Below are positions 25,845-34,944 of a stretch of 64,000 nt of DNA, in pieces. The notes under the pieces were generated by a model, which was given only the letters and a program-made list of their open reading frames with translations, was not told the DNA's origin and ran no database searches. Where the stretch lies: assembly GCA_965205645.1 (NCBI GenBank), contig OZ242172.1:576122-640121 (forward strand), in the 5' to 3' direction. Both the position numbers and the translations under genes were made by a program. The DNA is from Bdellovibrionales bacterium. GTDB lineage: Bacteria > Bdellovibrionota > Bdellovibrionia > Bdellovibrionales > UBA1609. Numbering within the stretch: the stretch's first letter is position 1; every line of letters begins with the position of its first letter.

Positions 25845-27581
25845 TTAAGAACATTCTAATAAGCGATAAAAATCTGATTGGATTTTTTTTAGCTCTTTGT
25901 CAGATCGGCCGCCAAAACGAAAAGTAAACATGCTCTGTGTATTGGAAAGACGTGCCAGACCCCAAGCTTTCCCCGGAAAACATACCCGCACACCATCTAC
26001 TAAACATAACTGCGCTTCAGAATATTTCGCATAATGATCTTTGACTCGATTCAAAAGTTTGTGTGCCCGTGCTATGTCATTAACCGCTATACGTATCTCA
26101 TTCGTATGAACTCCAATGTTAGTAGGCAGTATTTTATCTAATAACTCTTCTACACGATACACACCACTCTCACATAAAATCCGTAACAAACGTAAAGTTG
26201 CATATACACCATCATCTAAAAAATAACCTTCATCACAAAAAAAGTAATGTCCGCTAAACTCACCACCGAATATCGCCCCTAATGCCAATGTTCGCCGACG
26301 AATTAAACTATGCCCCGACCCCCCAAGGGGGAGTGGTTTCGCCGCGGCTTCATTTACGTTATTGTCACGTCTTTGCTTCTCAAGGGGGAGTGGTTTCGCC
26401 GCGGCTTCATTTACGTTATTGTCACTATTTTGCAAATCATGTTTACCAAGTGCCAACGCAGATTTCTGCGTTTCTAAAAAATCAAAGAACCATGGGGCGC
26501 ATTTTACATCTGCGACAATAACACCGGCATCCTTATTCCGTTTCCATATATCAGAAATAAAAATCGCCATTAGCTCATCTCCATATAGCACCCTACCGGA
26601 TTCACTGATCACGACTAAACGATCCCCATCCCCATCCAAAGCCACTCCAAACTTTGCTCCACAGCTTCTTACCTTCTGACGTAAATCATTTAAATTTTCA
26701 TCTAAGGAAGGATCTGGATGATGATTCGGAAAACGTCCGTCCGGATCTGCATATAACCATTCAGCATTTAAACCTAACTCCTTAAAAACTGCTTGTGCCA
26801 CCGGCCCCGCTGCTCCATTTCCGCAATCCACTACAATGCTTCCCTGATCCTTCCACATTTTCCCTAACTGAGAAAATTTCTTTTTCATTAACTGAACATA
26901 AAAAGATATCACTGTATTATCTAAACTTTTGACTGACTTCTTCTCACGATTGATATTTGTTAAATGTCCACTGTCCGATACACAATGCTTGTCAGATAAA
27001 GATGTGGATTTTGTCTTTGCTAACAAAGAATCATCCGTAGATAATTGAAGGATAATATCTTTTAACTCTTGCAACTTCTCATCACATAAAGTTTCTTCAT
27101 ATACAGAAAATTTAAAGCCGTTAAAGTCAGCTGGGTTATGACTTGCCGTCACCATCACAGAAGCTGCGGTATCAGGAAAAAAATGGGAAGCAACAAAACA
27201 AACCGGAGTGGATACTAAACCTAAAAATTGTATCGGTGCTTGACCGGCAGTGAGTCCCTCTATTAAAGCATTTGTTACGTCTGGACTGCTTAAGCGACTG
27301 TCATGTCCCACTGCTACAAAGCTTAAAGACATAGGTGTGTCTAACAGTTTATCTTTTTTACTACTATGAAATGCCTTTTTGTCTTTTGTGATACTACGTT
27401 CACTGTTATTCCTAATGTTTGTGCGATATGAGATAAACTTAGCAAAAGCTATCCCCAAGTATCGCACGAAATCTAAATCAAAATCTTTTCCATATATTCC
27501 ACGAATATCATTTTTTCTAAAAATATCCGGATTCCATTTCATGTGCTTCAACCTAATATCCATCTCATACTCATTATGCAC
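25845..27581 (-). CDS. Phosphomannomutase/phosphoglucomutase (carries 1.5 in-frame A-repeat copies)
   Basis: Active-site TASHNPADFNGFKF, Mg site ALDGDGDRLVV, GHSLIRR sugar loop. The insertion ALGKHDLQNSDNNVNEAAAKPLPLEKQRRDNNVNEAAAKPLPLGG lies directly before GHS. Confidence 0.85.
   Translation of the reverse strand: MHNEYEMDIRLKHMKWNPDIFRKNDIRGIYGKDFDLDFVRYLGIAFAKFISYRTNIRNNSERSITKDKKAFHSSKKDKLLDTPMSLSFVAVGHDSRLSSPDVTNALIEGLTAGQAPIQFLGLVSTPVCFVASHFFPDTAASVMVTASHNPADFNGFKFSVYEETLCDEKLQELKDIILQLSTDDSLLAKTKSTSLSDKHCVSDSGHLTNINREKKSVKSLDNTVISFYVQLMKKKFSQLGKMWKDQGSIVVDCGNGAAGPVAQAVFKELGLNAEWLYADPDGRFPNHHPDPSLDENLNDLRQKVRSCGAKFGVALDGDGDRLVVISESGRVLYGDELMAIFISDIWKRNKDAGVIVADVKCAPWFFDFLETQKSALALGKHDLQNSDNNVNEAAAKPLPLEKQRRDNNVNEAAAKPLPLGGSGHSLIRRRTLALGAIFGGEFSGHYFFCDEGYFLDDGVYATLRLLRILCESGVYRVEELLDKILPTNIGVHTNEIRIAVNDIARAHKLLNRVKDHYAKYSEAQLCLVDGVRVCFPGKAWGLARLSNTQSMFTFRFGGRSDKELKKIQSDFYRLLECS
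26319..26447 (-). repeat. A-repeat, one truncated plus one full long-core copy, in frame in the phosphomannomutase gene
   Basis: ccccccaagggggagtggtttcgccgcggcttcatttacgttattgtcac, a 12-nt joint, then caagggggagtggtttcgccgcggcttcatttacgttattgtcactattttgcaaatcatgtttacc. Confidence 0.9.
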
Positions 27582-27602
27582 TAACTGCCTTCCAAAAGGG
27601 TA

Positions 27603-27708
27603 CTCCCAAAGAGAGTGACTTTCGCCGTCCGCGAGTTGCGACCCCCCAAGGGGGAGTGGTTTCGCCGCGATTCCTTCGTACTCATGTCACTATCTTGTAA
27701 ATGATATG
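27603..27708 (-). repeat. Two adjacent A-repeat copies (one partial), intergenic
   Basis: ctcccaaagagagtgactttcgccgtccgcgagttgcg then accccccaagggggagtggtttcgccgcgattccttcgtactcatgtcactatcttgtaaatgatatg. Confidence 0.8.
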
Positions 27709-27710
27709 GG

Positions 27711-27828
27711 TTTCTCCACTTAAAAATCTTATTCAAAACGAGTTTGGCTTTGAAGCAGAGCGACTGAAAGCTTGCTCTGCGGCAAAACGCATGTTTGAGC
27801 TTTTGAATAAGATTTTTAAGTGGAGAAA
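27711..27828. repeat. B-repeat hairpin element (118 bp)
   Basis: tttctccacttaaaaatcttattcaaaa-...core...-ttttgaataagatttttaagtggagaaa. Same core as 12369, different but self-complementary arms. Confidence 0.9.
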
Positions 27829-27843
27829 TGACTACCCCTGGAC

Positions 27844-27900
27844 TCCCTCACAAAGGGAGGTGACTTTACCGCAATTTCCTGCACTTATGTCATAATCTTG
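27844..27900 (-). repeat. A-repeat copy (diverged), intergenic
   Basis: ctccctcacaaagggaggtgactttaccgcaatttcctgcacttatgtcataatcttg. Confidence 0.65.
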
Positions 27901-27906
27901 TTCTGT

Positions 27907-28845
27907 TTACAAGTAAATGTTAACAGTGTTCATTGCCCACAGTAAAGCCCGCCGCATCGATTCCGCAGAAGCCTTGTTCTGTCCAAAAATATTTTTAGCG
28001 GTGCCATGACTCACACTAGTTCTTACAAAAGGTAACCCTAAACTCAGTTGAAAACTCTGTGTCCCATGTGCCATTTTAAATGGAATTAAAGCTTGATCAT
28101 GATACAAACAAACATATAGGGAAAAACAAGGCCAATTACTTTTTAAAAAGGCGCTATCCGGTACTAAAGGTCCTGTTACTTCCTTTGACCACTTTTTTAA
28201 ATATAATTTCAGAGTGGATTCTTCGGTGCCTAGTAATCCCTCTTCCCCTGCATGTGGGTTAAGTCCCAATATTGCTATTGGTTTGTTTTGGTAAGTTTCT
28301 GGTAAACACTTTCGTAGATGACAACATAAATGCAAACATCTGTCTAAGTCGTTGGGTGTCCATGTGATTTTCTTTAAAGGAACATGGCCAGTTAACAATG
28401 TCACATTAAAGTAATCCCCTAAGAAAGTCATAAACACTGTCTTTGCTCCGGAAATTCTCTGTAAAAGCGGTGTGTGTCCTTTTTCAGAAAAATGATCTGC
28501 TTGCATTTGTGTTTTAGATAAGGGACCTGTAACCATTATTTCATCAGACGGACTACGGGTGCATCGTTGCGCTACCGTTTCCACCCACTGTGTTGGACGG
28601 GTAACAGAAGCGATATCTAATAATATGTTTTCTGTTTTGGGTGCAGTATTTAAGTCATTTATATTATTGAGTGTAACGATTCGTCCAGGCCATTTAAAAA
28701 TGTGAAATAGATCTTGTCCAACTCCTTGTTGCCTCCATAACACAAATTGTACACCGGTGCATTGGCCTATTGTCGCTAACGCTTTTAAGCTAACTTCCAG
28801 TCCAATACCGTCTGTATCACCAGTGGTGATGTGAATGCGCTTCAT
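27907..28845 (-). CDS. pdxA: 4-hydroxythreonine-4-phosphate dehydrogenase
   Basis: ITTGDTDGIGLEV and GLNPHAGEEG motifs. Downstream of the surA-like gene, the same surA-pdxA order found in E. coli. Confidence 0.85.
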   Translation of the reverse strand: MKRIHITTGDTDGIGLEVSLKALATIGQCTGVQFVLWRQQGVGQDLFHIFKWPGRIVTLNNINDLNTAPKTENILLDIASVTRPTQWVETVAQRCTRSPSDEIMVTGPLSKTQMQADHFSEKGHTPLLQRISGAKTVFMTFLGDYFNVTLLTGHVPLKKITWTPNDLDRCLHLCCHLRKCLPETYQNKPIAILGLNPHAGEEGLLGTEESTLKLYLKKWSKEVTGPLVPDSAFLKSNWPCFSLYVCLYHDQALIPFKMAHGTQSFQLSLGLPFVRTSVSHGTAKNIFGQNKASAESMRRALLWAMNTVNIYL

Positions 28846-29777
28846 AAATTAACGCGAATAAAAGCTTTCGCCTTTTTTTGCTCTAACCAAGCTTTTAACT
28901 GCTGATGAAATAAGGTTTTAAACAACTGATCGGATAACTGTTTTTGCCGTAAACGATTTTGAATAATCGGGGTCTTCCATATCACTTTAAAAATATGATA
29001 CCCCAATTGTGGAATAAAAAGAACATAGGAATATTGTCCAACAGATAAATTTTTAACTGCGACTCTGATTTTCGGATGCAAAGACTGTAATTTCTGTTTC
29101 GTTAATCGTCTTTTCTTAGCGCCTTTGATGACTGGCTGATAGCGGTCAAAGTAAGCTGGATCTTGTGATAACAGTTTAAGTGTTTTATTTGCTTCCTTCT
29201 TTCCTCGTTTGACTGGCGGGAAAAATAAAAACTCCAGATCGTACTCAAAAGAACTGAATAAAGGTTTGCCCTGTTTTCGTGTGGCGTATTCATTCAGATC
29301 ATTGTCAGAGATTCTTATTTTTTCTAACACTTCTCGTTGAATAAGTATTTTTCTCAAAAGATTCTTTTTTAAAAAAGTTTTGTAAGAAGCTGCTGTAAAC
29401 TGATTTCGCACTAACAGGCGACTAAAATCCCGCTTGGATAATTTTCTTCTTTTACGTCGTTTCTTCAATTCCTGTTTTATCTGAGTCGAATGTATTGGAA
29501 TATTTAATGATTGAGCGGATTCATTCAGCAACATTTCGTAGGTCAGATATTCCAATGCCAGTTTTTTTGTTCTTAATCTTGTTTTTTTAAATAAAGATTC
29601 TAATACCGAATCTTTCATAAAACCGCGTTTCCATCTTTTTTGCGCTTCCAACACATCCAACAGAGAGATCATCTGTCCATTGACTTCTGCTAATGTTTTT
29701 TCCACTACCTTTGCTGTTGCAGATGGATGTAAAGAAAAAATAAACCATAAAAAACAAATGATCCGCTGTTTTATCAT
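28842..29777 (-). CDS. SurA-like periplasmic chaperone (SurA N-terminal-type domain)
   Basis: Signal peptide, Lys-rich helical protein, 4-nt overlap with pdxA. Assignment rests mainly on the conserved surA-pdxA context. Confidence 0.45.
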   Translation of the reverse strand: MIKQRIICFLWFIFSLHPSATAKVVEKTLAEVNGQMISLLDVLEAQKRWKRGFMKDSVLESLFKKTRLRTKKLALEYLTYEMLLNESAQSLNIPIHSTQIKQELKKRRKRRKLSKRDFSRLLVRNQFTAASYKTFLKKNLLRKILIQREVLEKIRISDNDLNEYATRKQGKPLFSSFEYDLEFLFFPPVKRGKKEANKTLKLLSQDPAYFDRYQPVIKGAKKRRLTKQKLQSLHPKIRVAVKNLSVGQYSYVLFIPQLGYHIFKVIWKTPIIQNRLRQKQLSDQLFKTLFHQQLKAWLEQKKAKAFIRVNL

Positions 29778-30026
29778 TGTATAAACTCGTTATGATTCCA
29801 TTCAGTTTTATTTCATTAAATCAAAGTACGTATTGAACACTTTTATTCTTAATATAATACGCTGCGCTTATTTGCCATGTTTTAAAAATAAAGAAACTAA
29901 AAACATTATGACAAAGTCCTCTTATAGTCTTGTTGATCCGCCCTGTCAATAAGTCCTGAAATCGCATTATCTATTAAGAAATCAAATGGATACTCCGAAG
30001 TGGAAAATAAGTGGAGAATTAAAAAA

Positions 30027-30977
30027 ATGAAATATTATCTGTGGTTGTGCTTAGTGCTACTAAGCATGGGTATTTTTTGTATCCAATGTTCTATGATTTC
30101 TTCCCCTCCAGATATACCGACTGTCACCAGGGATGCTCCGGAAAATGGATTGGACAATGAGTCTTTGTTCCCAAAGTGTGAGAGAGGAGAATGCTGTTCT
30201 GAAAATAAGGAGTGCGAAAGAATCTGTGATAATATTTTTAACAGTTTTGTACCAGCTAAGGATCGCTGTAGATCTTTGCCGCAACCATTAGTATTTGATA
30301 TTGGAGATCTGGTCAGAGGGTTGGAACACCCGATTGTTCAGGATTTAAGGCGGGTGGATGTGAAGGATGAATTTCGTCGTTTATTGGCCTTAGATTATAT
30401 GGTGTTGGTACGTATTGTAGAACGTTATAGAATAGATAAAGCACGAGAACTACTTTTATGGTTTGCTGAAGAAGATGCAGTAGCTAAGGAATTACTTAAA
30501 TTAAGGAGAGAAGATCGTAATCATTTAATGTATGCATTACTGGCTAGCGCAGGAGATCGTACTTTACCTGGATCTGCGGAAAATGGCTTAGCCAGAAACG
30601 TATCTTTTGATAAAACATTTTTTGCATTGCTTATAGATTTTCTTAATAATGATATGTTGCAAATTGTTCATGACATGCTTCGAGGGGAAATGTGTGCTCC
30701 AGACTTTGGAGAAGGTAAAAAAGCTGAGCTTTGTATATTGCGTATTTATTGTCGTGAAAGAGTTGGGTTAGATAATCAATATGTACATAATGAAGATTTG
30801 CGCACTGATATTTCTTTTCGTCTGGAAGATAAACAGTTTTTTGATTATATTCGACGAGAAGTTTACAATTCTTCTTTAGATGATTTTAATTTATCACAAC
30901 CTTTGATGAATGATATGACTTGCCAAATTGTTTGTAATGATACTTACCGTGGATGTGAAGGATGGAATTTACAATAA
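30027..30977 (+). CDS. Cys-rich secreted protein, paralog family member 6
   Basis: Signal peptide MKYYLWLCLVLLSMGIFC. CERGECCSENKECERICDNIF, LLWFAEEDAV and C-terminal CILRIYCRE motifs. Confidence 0.65.
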   Translation: MKYYLWLCLVLLSMGIFCIQCSMISSPPDIPTVTRDAPENGLDNESLFPKCERGECCSENKECERICDNIFNSFVPAKDRCRSLPQPLVFDIGDLVRGLEHPIVQDLRRVDVKDEFRRLLALDYMVLVRIVERYRIDKARELLLWFAEEDAVAKELLKLRREDRNHLMYALLASAGDRTLPGSAENGLARNVSFDKTFFALLIDFLNNDMLQIVHDMLRGEMCAPDFGEGKKAELCILRIYCRERVGLDNQYVHNEDLRTDISFRLEDKQFFDYIRREVYNSSLDDFNLSQPLMNDMTCQIVCNDTYRGCEGWNLQ

Positions 30978-32101
30978 AAAAACTACTCGCTACGATTCGT
31001 TCTTTTAGAGTGGGTGATTTTCAATGTGCATGTGCGCGCGTTATTGTCACATGTGTGCAAGGGATCATTACATACTTTCGCAGGTATTCACGCGCTATTG
31101 GTTTATTAGTGGCTTTAGTGGCATTGCTTGTGCACTGTACTTCGCCGGAACAACGGGCGACTCGCCGGATTGGTTCAACTCGTTTGGATACAAGAATTCC
31201 TGTGCGAAATGTATATAATGAGATATACGGTAGTTACCGAAAGCAGGATTATGATGGACCTTCGTGCAAGGATGAGGATGAAGATCGTAGCCAGTCTAGA
31301 AATGACAGAGAGGAAAACTGCGAATATATCTGTCGTGAGATGTATAATGAACACAGTCGGGAATGCGGAAGTGCTCCAGCAGAATTAGTGCATGCACTAT
31401 ATGATTTTTTTAAAAAGATGCGTCGTATTCGGCAGCCCAGTTCTTTATTCCGACAGGTAGATATTTCTAATTTTGGTGTGATGATTGATTTGGATGTGGA
31501 GCCAATGTTGGAGTTAATCTCTGATTGGAGTGTAAGAGAAACTAAATTATTTTTAATATGGACGGCAGAAACCATAGCGGTATCTGCGGCCATCCGACAT
31601 CATGATAGAGATAATCTGATCTTGGAACATGCTTTTGAAAAATTGGGTAAAGAACACGATTATGCCAGAGGACTGGAAGAGAGAGTTTTAGTGGGTTTTA
31701 GTGAAGATCTACATGGATTTACAGAAACTTTCTTATCTCTTGCTCAACACCAAAGAAATGAAGCAGCTTTTGTCATTGCTCATCGGGCGATAGAACAGGT
31801 GTGTGAGAATGAATCCTGTATCGTGCGTGCCTATTGCACAAGAGAAAGTTATGATCGGTTATTGAATGCTCCTCGATGTCCTTACCAGACTTCTGGCCGG
31901 TTAGCTGGTTCTAGGTCTAATCATTGTTATGTACATGGGGCGGAAGTCTGGAGTTATTGGGAAATATTAAACCGAGATAGAAAAATTGAGGACAAAGAAT
32001 TTCCATTTGACAGTGAATATAAAATCAATCAAGCTAAATGTGATAGTGAAGAAATATGTGGAGAAGATATAGACAGTTCTTGTAAAAGGAACTTGGATTA
32101 A
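30962..32101 (+). CDS. Cys-rich secreted protein, paralog family member 7 (start uncertain)
   Basis: Hydrophobic segment AIGLLVALVALLVHC, acidic linker, ENCEYICREMY, FLIWTAETIAV and CIVRAYCTRE motifs. The first ~60 codons overlap a degenerate A-like repeat and the end of member 6. Confidence 0.6.
   Translation: MEFTIKKLLATIRSFRVGDFQCACARVIVTCVQGIITYFRRYSRAIGLLVALVALLVHCTSPEQRATRRIGSTRLDTRIPVRNVYNEIYGSYRKQDYDGPSCKDEDEDRSQSRNDREENCEYICREMYNEHSRECGSAPAELVHALYDFFKKMRRIRQPSSLFRQVDISNFGVMIDLDVEPMLELISDWSVRETKLFLIWTAETIAVSAAIRHHDRDNLILEHAFEKLGKEHDYARGLEERVLVGFSEDLHGFTETFLSLAQHQRNEAAFVIAHRAIEQVCENESCIVRAYCTRESYDRLLNAPRCPYQTSGRLAGSRSNHCYVHGAEVWSYWEILNRDRKIEDKEFPFDSEYKINQAKCDSEEICGEDIDSSCKRNLD
31038..31170 (+). 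repeat. Degenerate A-like repeat inside the annotated 5' end of family member 7
   Basis: cgttattgtcacatgtgtgcaagggatca... and ...tacttcgccggaacaacgggcgactcgccgg resemble the gtgacatgcgtgcaagg and ccggcgactcgccg parts of the 14361 variant. Confidence 0.4.
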
Positions 32102-32137
32102 AAATAAGAAAATAGTCTTTTATATTAGGAGGATACT

Positions 32138-33148
32138 ATGAAATATGCGGCTATCAAATATTTTACAATATTTACTATTGCTAGTTCATTGGCGGCACTA
32201 ATGATTTTTGGTTGTTCTACGGAAACCGGCCGTAATGTTGGGACCACTGATAATGGTGGAACAAATAGTGGTAGTCGTCGTAGTCGTAGTACAACCAGTA
32301 CTTTAGATTGTTCTATGCCATCGGGTGGCAGCACATGTGAAGGGGATGAGGATTGTGAAGAACTATGTGAGGATAATGATCATTTGAATCTATCAGGCAG
32401 TGCGAGAAAGGAATGTTTTGATTGGCCAACAGCCTCTGTAGAAAAATTAGATGAGATATTTAAGGAGATAAAGGATCCAGAGGAAGATAAGTTAAATGAC
32501 TTAACAAACGACGACATTAATTTACTGTGTGCGGCGATAGAGATGGAAGAAGATTTTTGGCTTGACGAGATTAAGGGTTATACTCCTTCAGATTCCAAAT
32601 ATATTTTAAAATGGATCATTAATAATGAGCAAGTGACTTTTCTTTTAGATAGAGAAATAAAAGAAGAGGATAGGACAAACCATTTGAAATATTTGCTTGT
32701 AGCACTTGCTGACTCTCATGATATTCTAGATGATATGAAGATATTGGAAGGTTTAGGAGATAGAGTGGATACAGATGATGATGAGAATGTGATAGAATAT
32801 GCAGAGAGCGCAGGTAATGAAGACTTTATTAAAATGGTACATGAGCTAATTGTTGAGGAAGGTATATGTGACGTAACGGACAACCAGCCTACATTTACTG
32901 ATGCCTCTGCTAATTATCAGAAGTCCGCTTGTATGTTAGGGGTTTACTGTCACATAATAGATGATGAAGGTGTTAGAAAGAGCATTGCAGAGATTATTAA
33001 TAATGGGGATATTAAAGGTCTTATTGAATCAGACAATACCGGTGGTCTTGATTTAGGTGAGGAAGATGCAGAGGAATGGACTACTGTAGCTTGCGCAAAA
33101 CTAGTATCTGACTGGGCAGATACTGCTAATTTAGATTTAGGTTTATAA
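32138..33148 (+). CDS. Cys-rich acidic secreted lipoprotein, paralog family member 8
   Basis: Lipobox IFG|C. CEGDEDCEELCEDND, ILKWIINNEQV and CMLGVYCHI motifs. aggagg SD upstream. Confidence 0.65.
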   Translation: MKYAAIKYFTIFTIASSLAALMIFGCSTETGRNVGTTDNGGTNSGSRRSRSTTSTLDCSMPSGGSTCEGDEDCEELCEDNDHLNLSGSARKECFDWPTASVEKLDEIFKEIKDPEEDKLNDLTNDDINLLCAAIEMEEDFWLDEIKGYTPSDSKYILKWIINNEQVTFLLDREIKEEDRTNHLKYLLVALADSHDILDDMKILEGLGDRVDTDDDENVIEYAESAGNEDFIKMVHELIVEEGICDVTDNQPTFTDASANYQKSACMLGVYCHIIDDEGVRKSIAEIINNGDIKGLIESDNTGGLDLGEEDAEEWTTVACAKLVSDWADTANLDLGL

Positions 33149-33190
33149 TTTACCAGTTACTTTTTAATAAAATGAAAATATAATTTTTCT

Positions 33191-33224
33191 AACAGCCGGT
33201 AGTAAATACTACCGGTTGTTTTTT
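33191..33224 (+). terminator. Rho-independent terminator after family member 8
   Basis: Stem ccggtagt / actaccgg with loop aaat, followed by ttgtttttt. Confidence 0.7.
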
Positions 33225-33237
33225 AGAGGAGGATATA

Positions 33238-33840
33238 ATGAGAGATACTATTCAGTGCAGAGTATTTTACTATCTAAAAACCATGGTTTTTTTGTTTGCT
33301 TTATTTCCAATGATTAGTTTCGCATCACCTTTAGAGAATGTATGGGATACATTGTTTCCAACTACTAGAGCAATCTCAAGAAGTGAAGTTCAGAACCTTT
33401 TACAAAATTCTTCTGAAAAAAGTATAATGCATATTCAAACCTATAAAGGATGCGAACCAGCCTTTGTAACTCTTGGAACAAAAGTATGGTTGAGCATGAC
33501 GGCACAAAAGACGGAAAAAAAGACCTGTTCTGTTGCTGTTCATCCAGGCAATAAAATATCCGTTAGTTTTAGCAATAAAACTGTTCTTGTGGCACCAATG
33601 AGCAGTAGAGCGGTCGTTGGTGATATAAAATATAACCTAGCCATTGGTGAGATAGATGGACACAATGTTTTAATGGTTGCATATGATGAAAATGGTACAA
33701 TCTCTTATGCAATATATACTGTTTATGATTTAAATGACAATGTAGTAGATTCTTATCTACAAGATGAATGGGATACATGGAAAGATTCTATTAGATATTG
33801 TGTTATTGCACCTGTATATCAACAATCAATGTGTGATTAG
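33238..33840 (+). CDS. Small secreted hypothetical protein, tandem duplicate copy 1
   Basis: Signal peptide MVFLFALFPMISFA|SP, Cys-containing ~180-aa mature part. Near-identical to the next gene. Confidence 0.6.
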   Translation: MRDTIQCRVFYYLKTMVFLFALFPMISFASPLENVWDTLFPTTRAISRSEVQNLLQNSSEKSIMHIQTYKGCEPAFVTLGTKVWLSMTAQKTEKKTCSVAVHPGNKISVSFSNKTVLVAPMSSRAVVGDIKYNLAIGEIDGHNVLMVAYDENGTISYAIYTVYDLNDNVVDSYLQDEWDTWKDSIRYCVIAPVYQQSMCD

Positions 33841-33882
33841 TATTCCAATAAATAGTTTCAATTCCATTCAAAGAGTAGTGTA

Positions 33883-34497
33883 ATGAAATATATCATTAAA
33901 TGCAGGTGTTTTTATTATCTAAAAACCATGGTTTTTTTGTTTGCTTTATTCCCTATCATTAGTTCCGCATCACCTTTAGAGAATTTATGGGATACATTGT
34001 TCCCAACTACTGGAGCAATCTCAAGAAGTGAAGTTCAGAACCTTTTACAAAATTCTTCTGAAAAAAGTATAATGCATATTCGCACCTATAAAGGATGCGA
34101 AGCAGTCCCCTCTGTAATTCTTGTAACTCTTGGAACAAGAGTATGGTTGAGCATGATGGCACAAAAGACGGAAAAAGAGACCTGTTCTGTTACTGTTCAC
34201 TCAGGTAATAAAGTATCCGTTAGTTTTAGCAATAAAACTGTTCTTGTGGCACCAATGAGCATGAAACTGGTCGTTGGTGATATAAAAGAAAACATAGCCA
34301 TTGGTGAGATAGATGAACACAATGTTTTAATGGTTGCATATGATGAAAATGGTACAATCTCTTATGCAATATATACTGTTTATGATTTAAATGACAATGT
34401 AGTATATTCTGCTCTACAAGATGAATGGGATACATGGAAAGATTCTATTAGATATTGTGTTATTACACCTGTATATCAACAATCAATGTGTGATTAG
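33883..34497 (+). CDS. Small secreted hypothetical protein, tandem duplicate copy 2
   Basis: Same sequence as copy 1 apart from scattered substitutions and a 4-aa insertion (AVPSVILV region). The 3' flank tagtattccaataaatagtttcaattccattca is also duplicated. Confidence 0.6.
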   Translation: MKYIIKCRCFYYLKTMVFLFALFPIISSASPLENLWDTLFPTTGAISRSEVQNLLQNSSEKSIMHIRTYKGCEAVPSVILVTLGTRVWLSMMAQKTEKETCSVTVHSGNKVSVSFSNKTVLVAPMSMKLVVGDIKENIAIGEIDEHNVLMVAYDENGTISYAIYTVYDLNDNVVYSALQDEWDTWKDSIRYCVITPVYQQSMCD

Positions 34498-34616
34498 TAT
34501 TCCAATAAATAGTTTCAATTCCATTCATAGAAAATCTATTTTTCCTATCTATTGAATTTTCTGTTTATAACAAGAGCAATTTGAGTTCAACATTCAAATA
34601 TGCTATGACTTCTAAA

Positions 34617-34944
34617 GGGGATTGCGGGTGCTTGCTGAATTTATTTTAATAAATTTAGAGGAAAGTCCGGACTCCAATGGCAACGCAAAAGGTGAAAACC
34701 TTTCCACCGGAAACGGTGCGGACAAGTGGAACAGAAAGTATATCCGAGTCTTTATTGCTGTAATGAGTGGTGAGGATTGCTGGAGTGAAATCAGCTAAAC
34801 TCTGCGTGGAGCAAGATCAAATAAGGAAGTGCTTGAGTACCGCCAATACGATACTTCCGGGTCGATCGCATAGATGAATAAGTGCCTCCTCTGAGCTTTT
34901 GTCGGTTAAGCCAGAGAAGACAGAATCCGGCTTACAGCAACCCC
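34617..34944 (+). ncRNA. rnpB: RNase P RNA, bacterial type A
   Basis: Universally conserved GAGGAAAGTCCGGACTCC (P4 5' strand) and GACAGAATCCGGCTTACAG (P4 3' strand). P1 pairing ggggattgc / gcaacccc. Ends approximate. Confidence 0.9.

Noticed and set aside
26282-26679. Plus-strand ORFs (79 and 105 aa) across the phosphomannomutase repeat insertion, plus the similar ORFs 41617..41823, 57043..57246 and 12517..12732.
   Set aside because: All are driven by open frames through A/B repeat DNA (recurring PQGGVVSPRLHLRYCH-type peptides). They lack RBS context or are antisense to well-supported genes.
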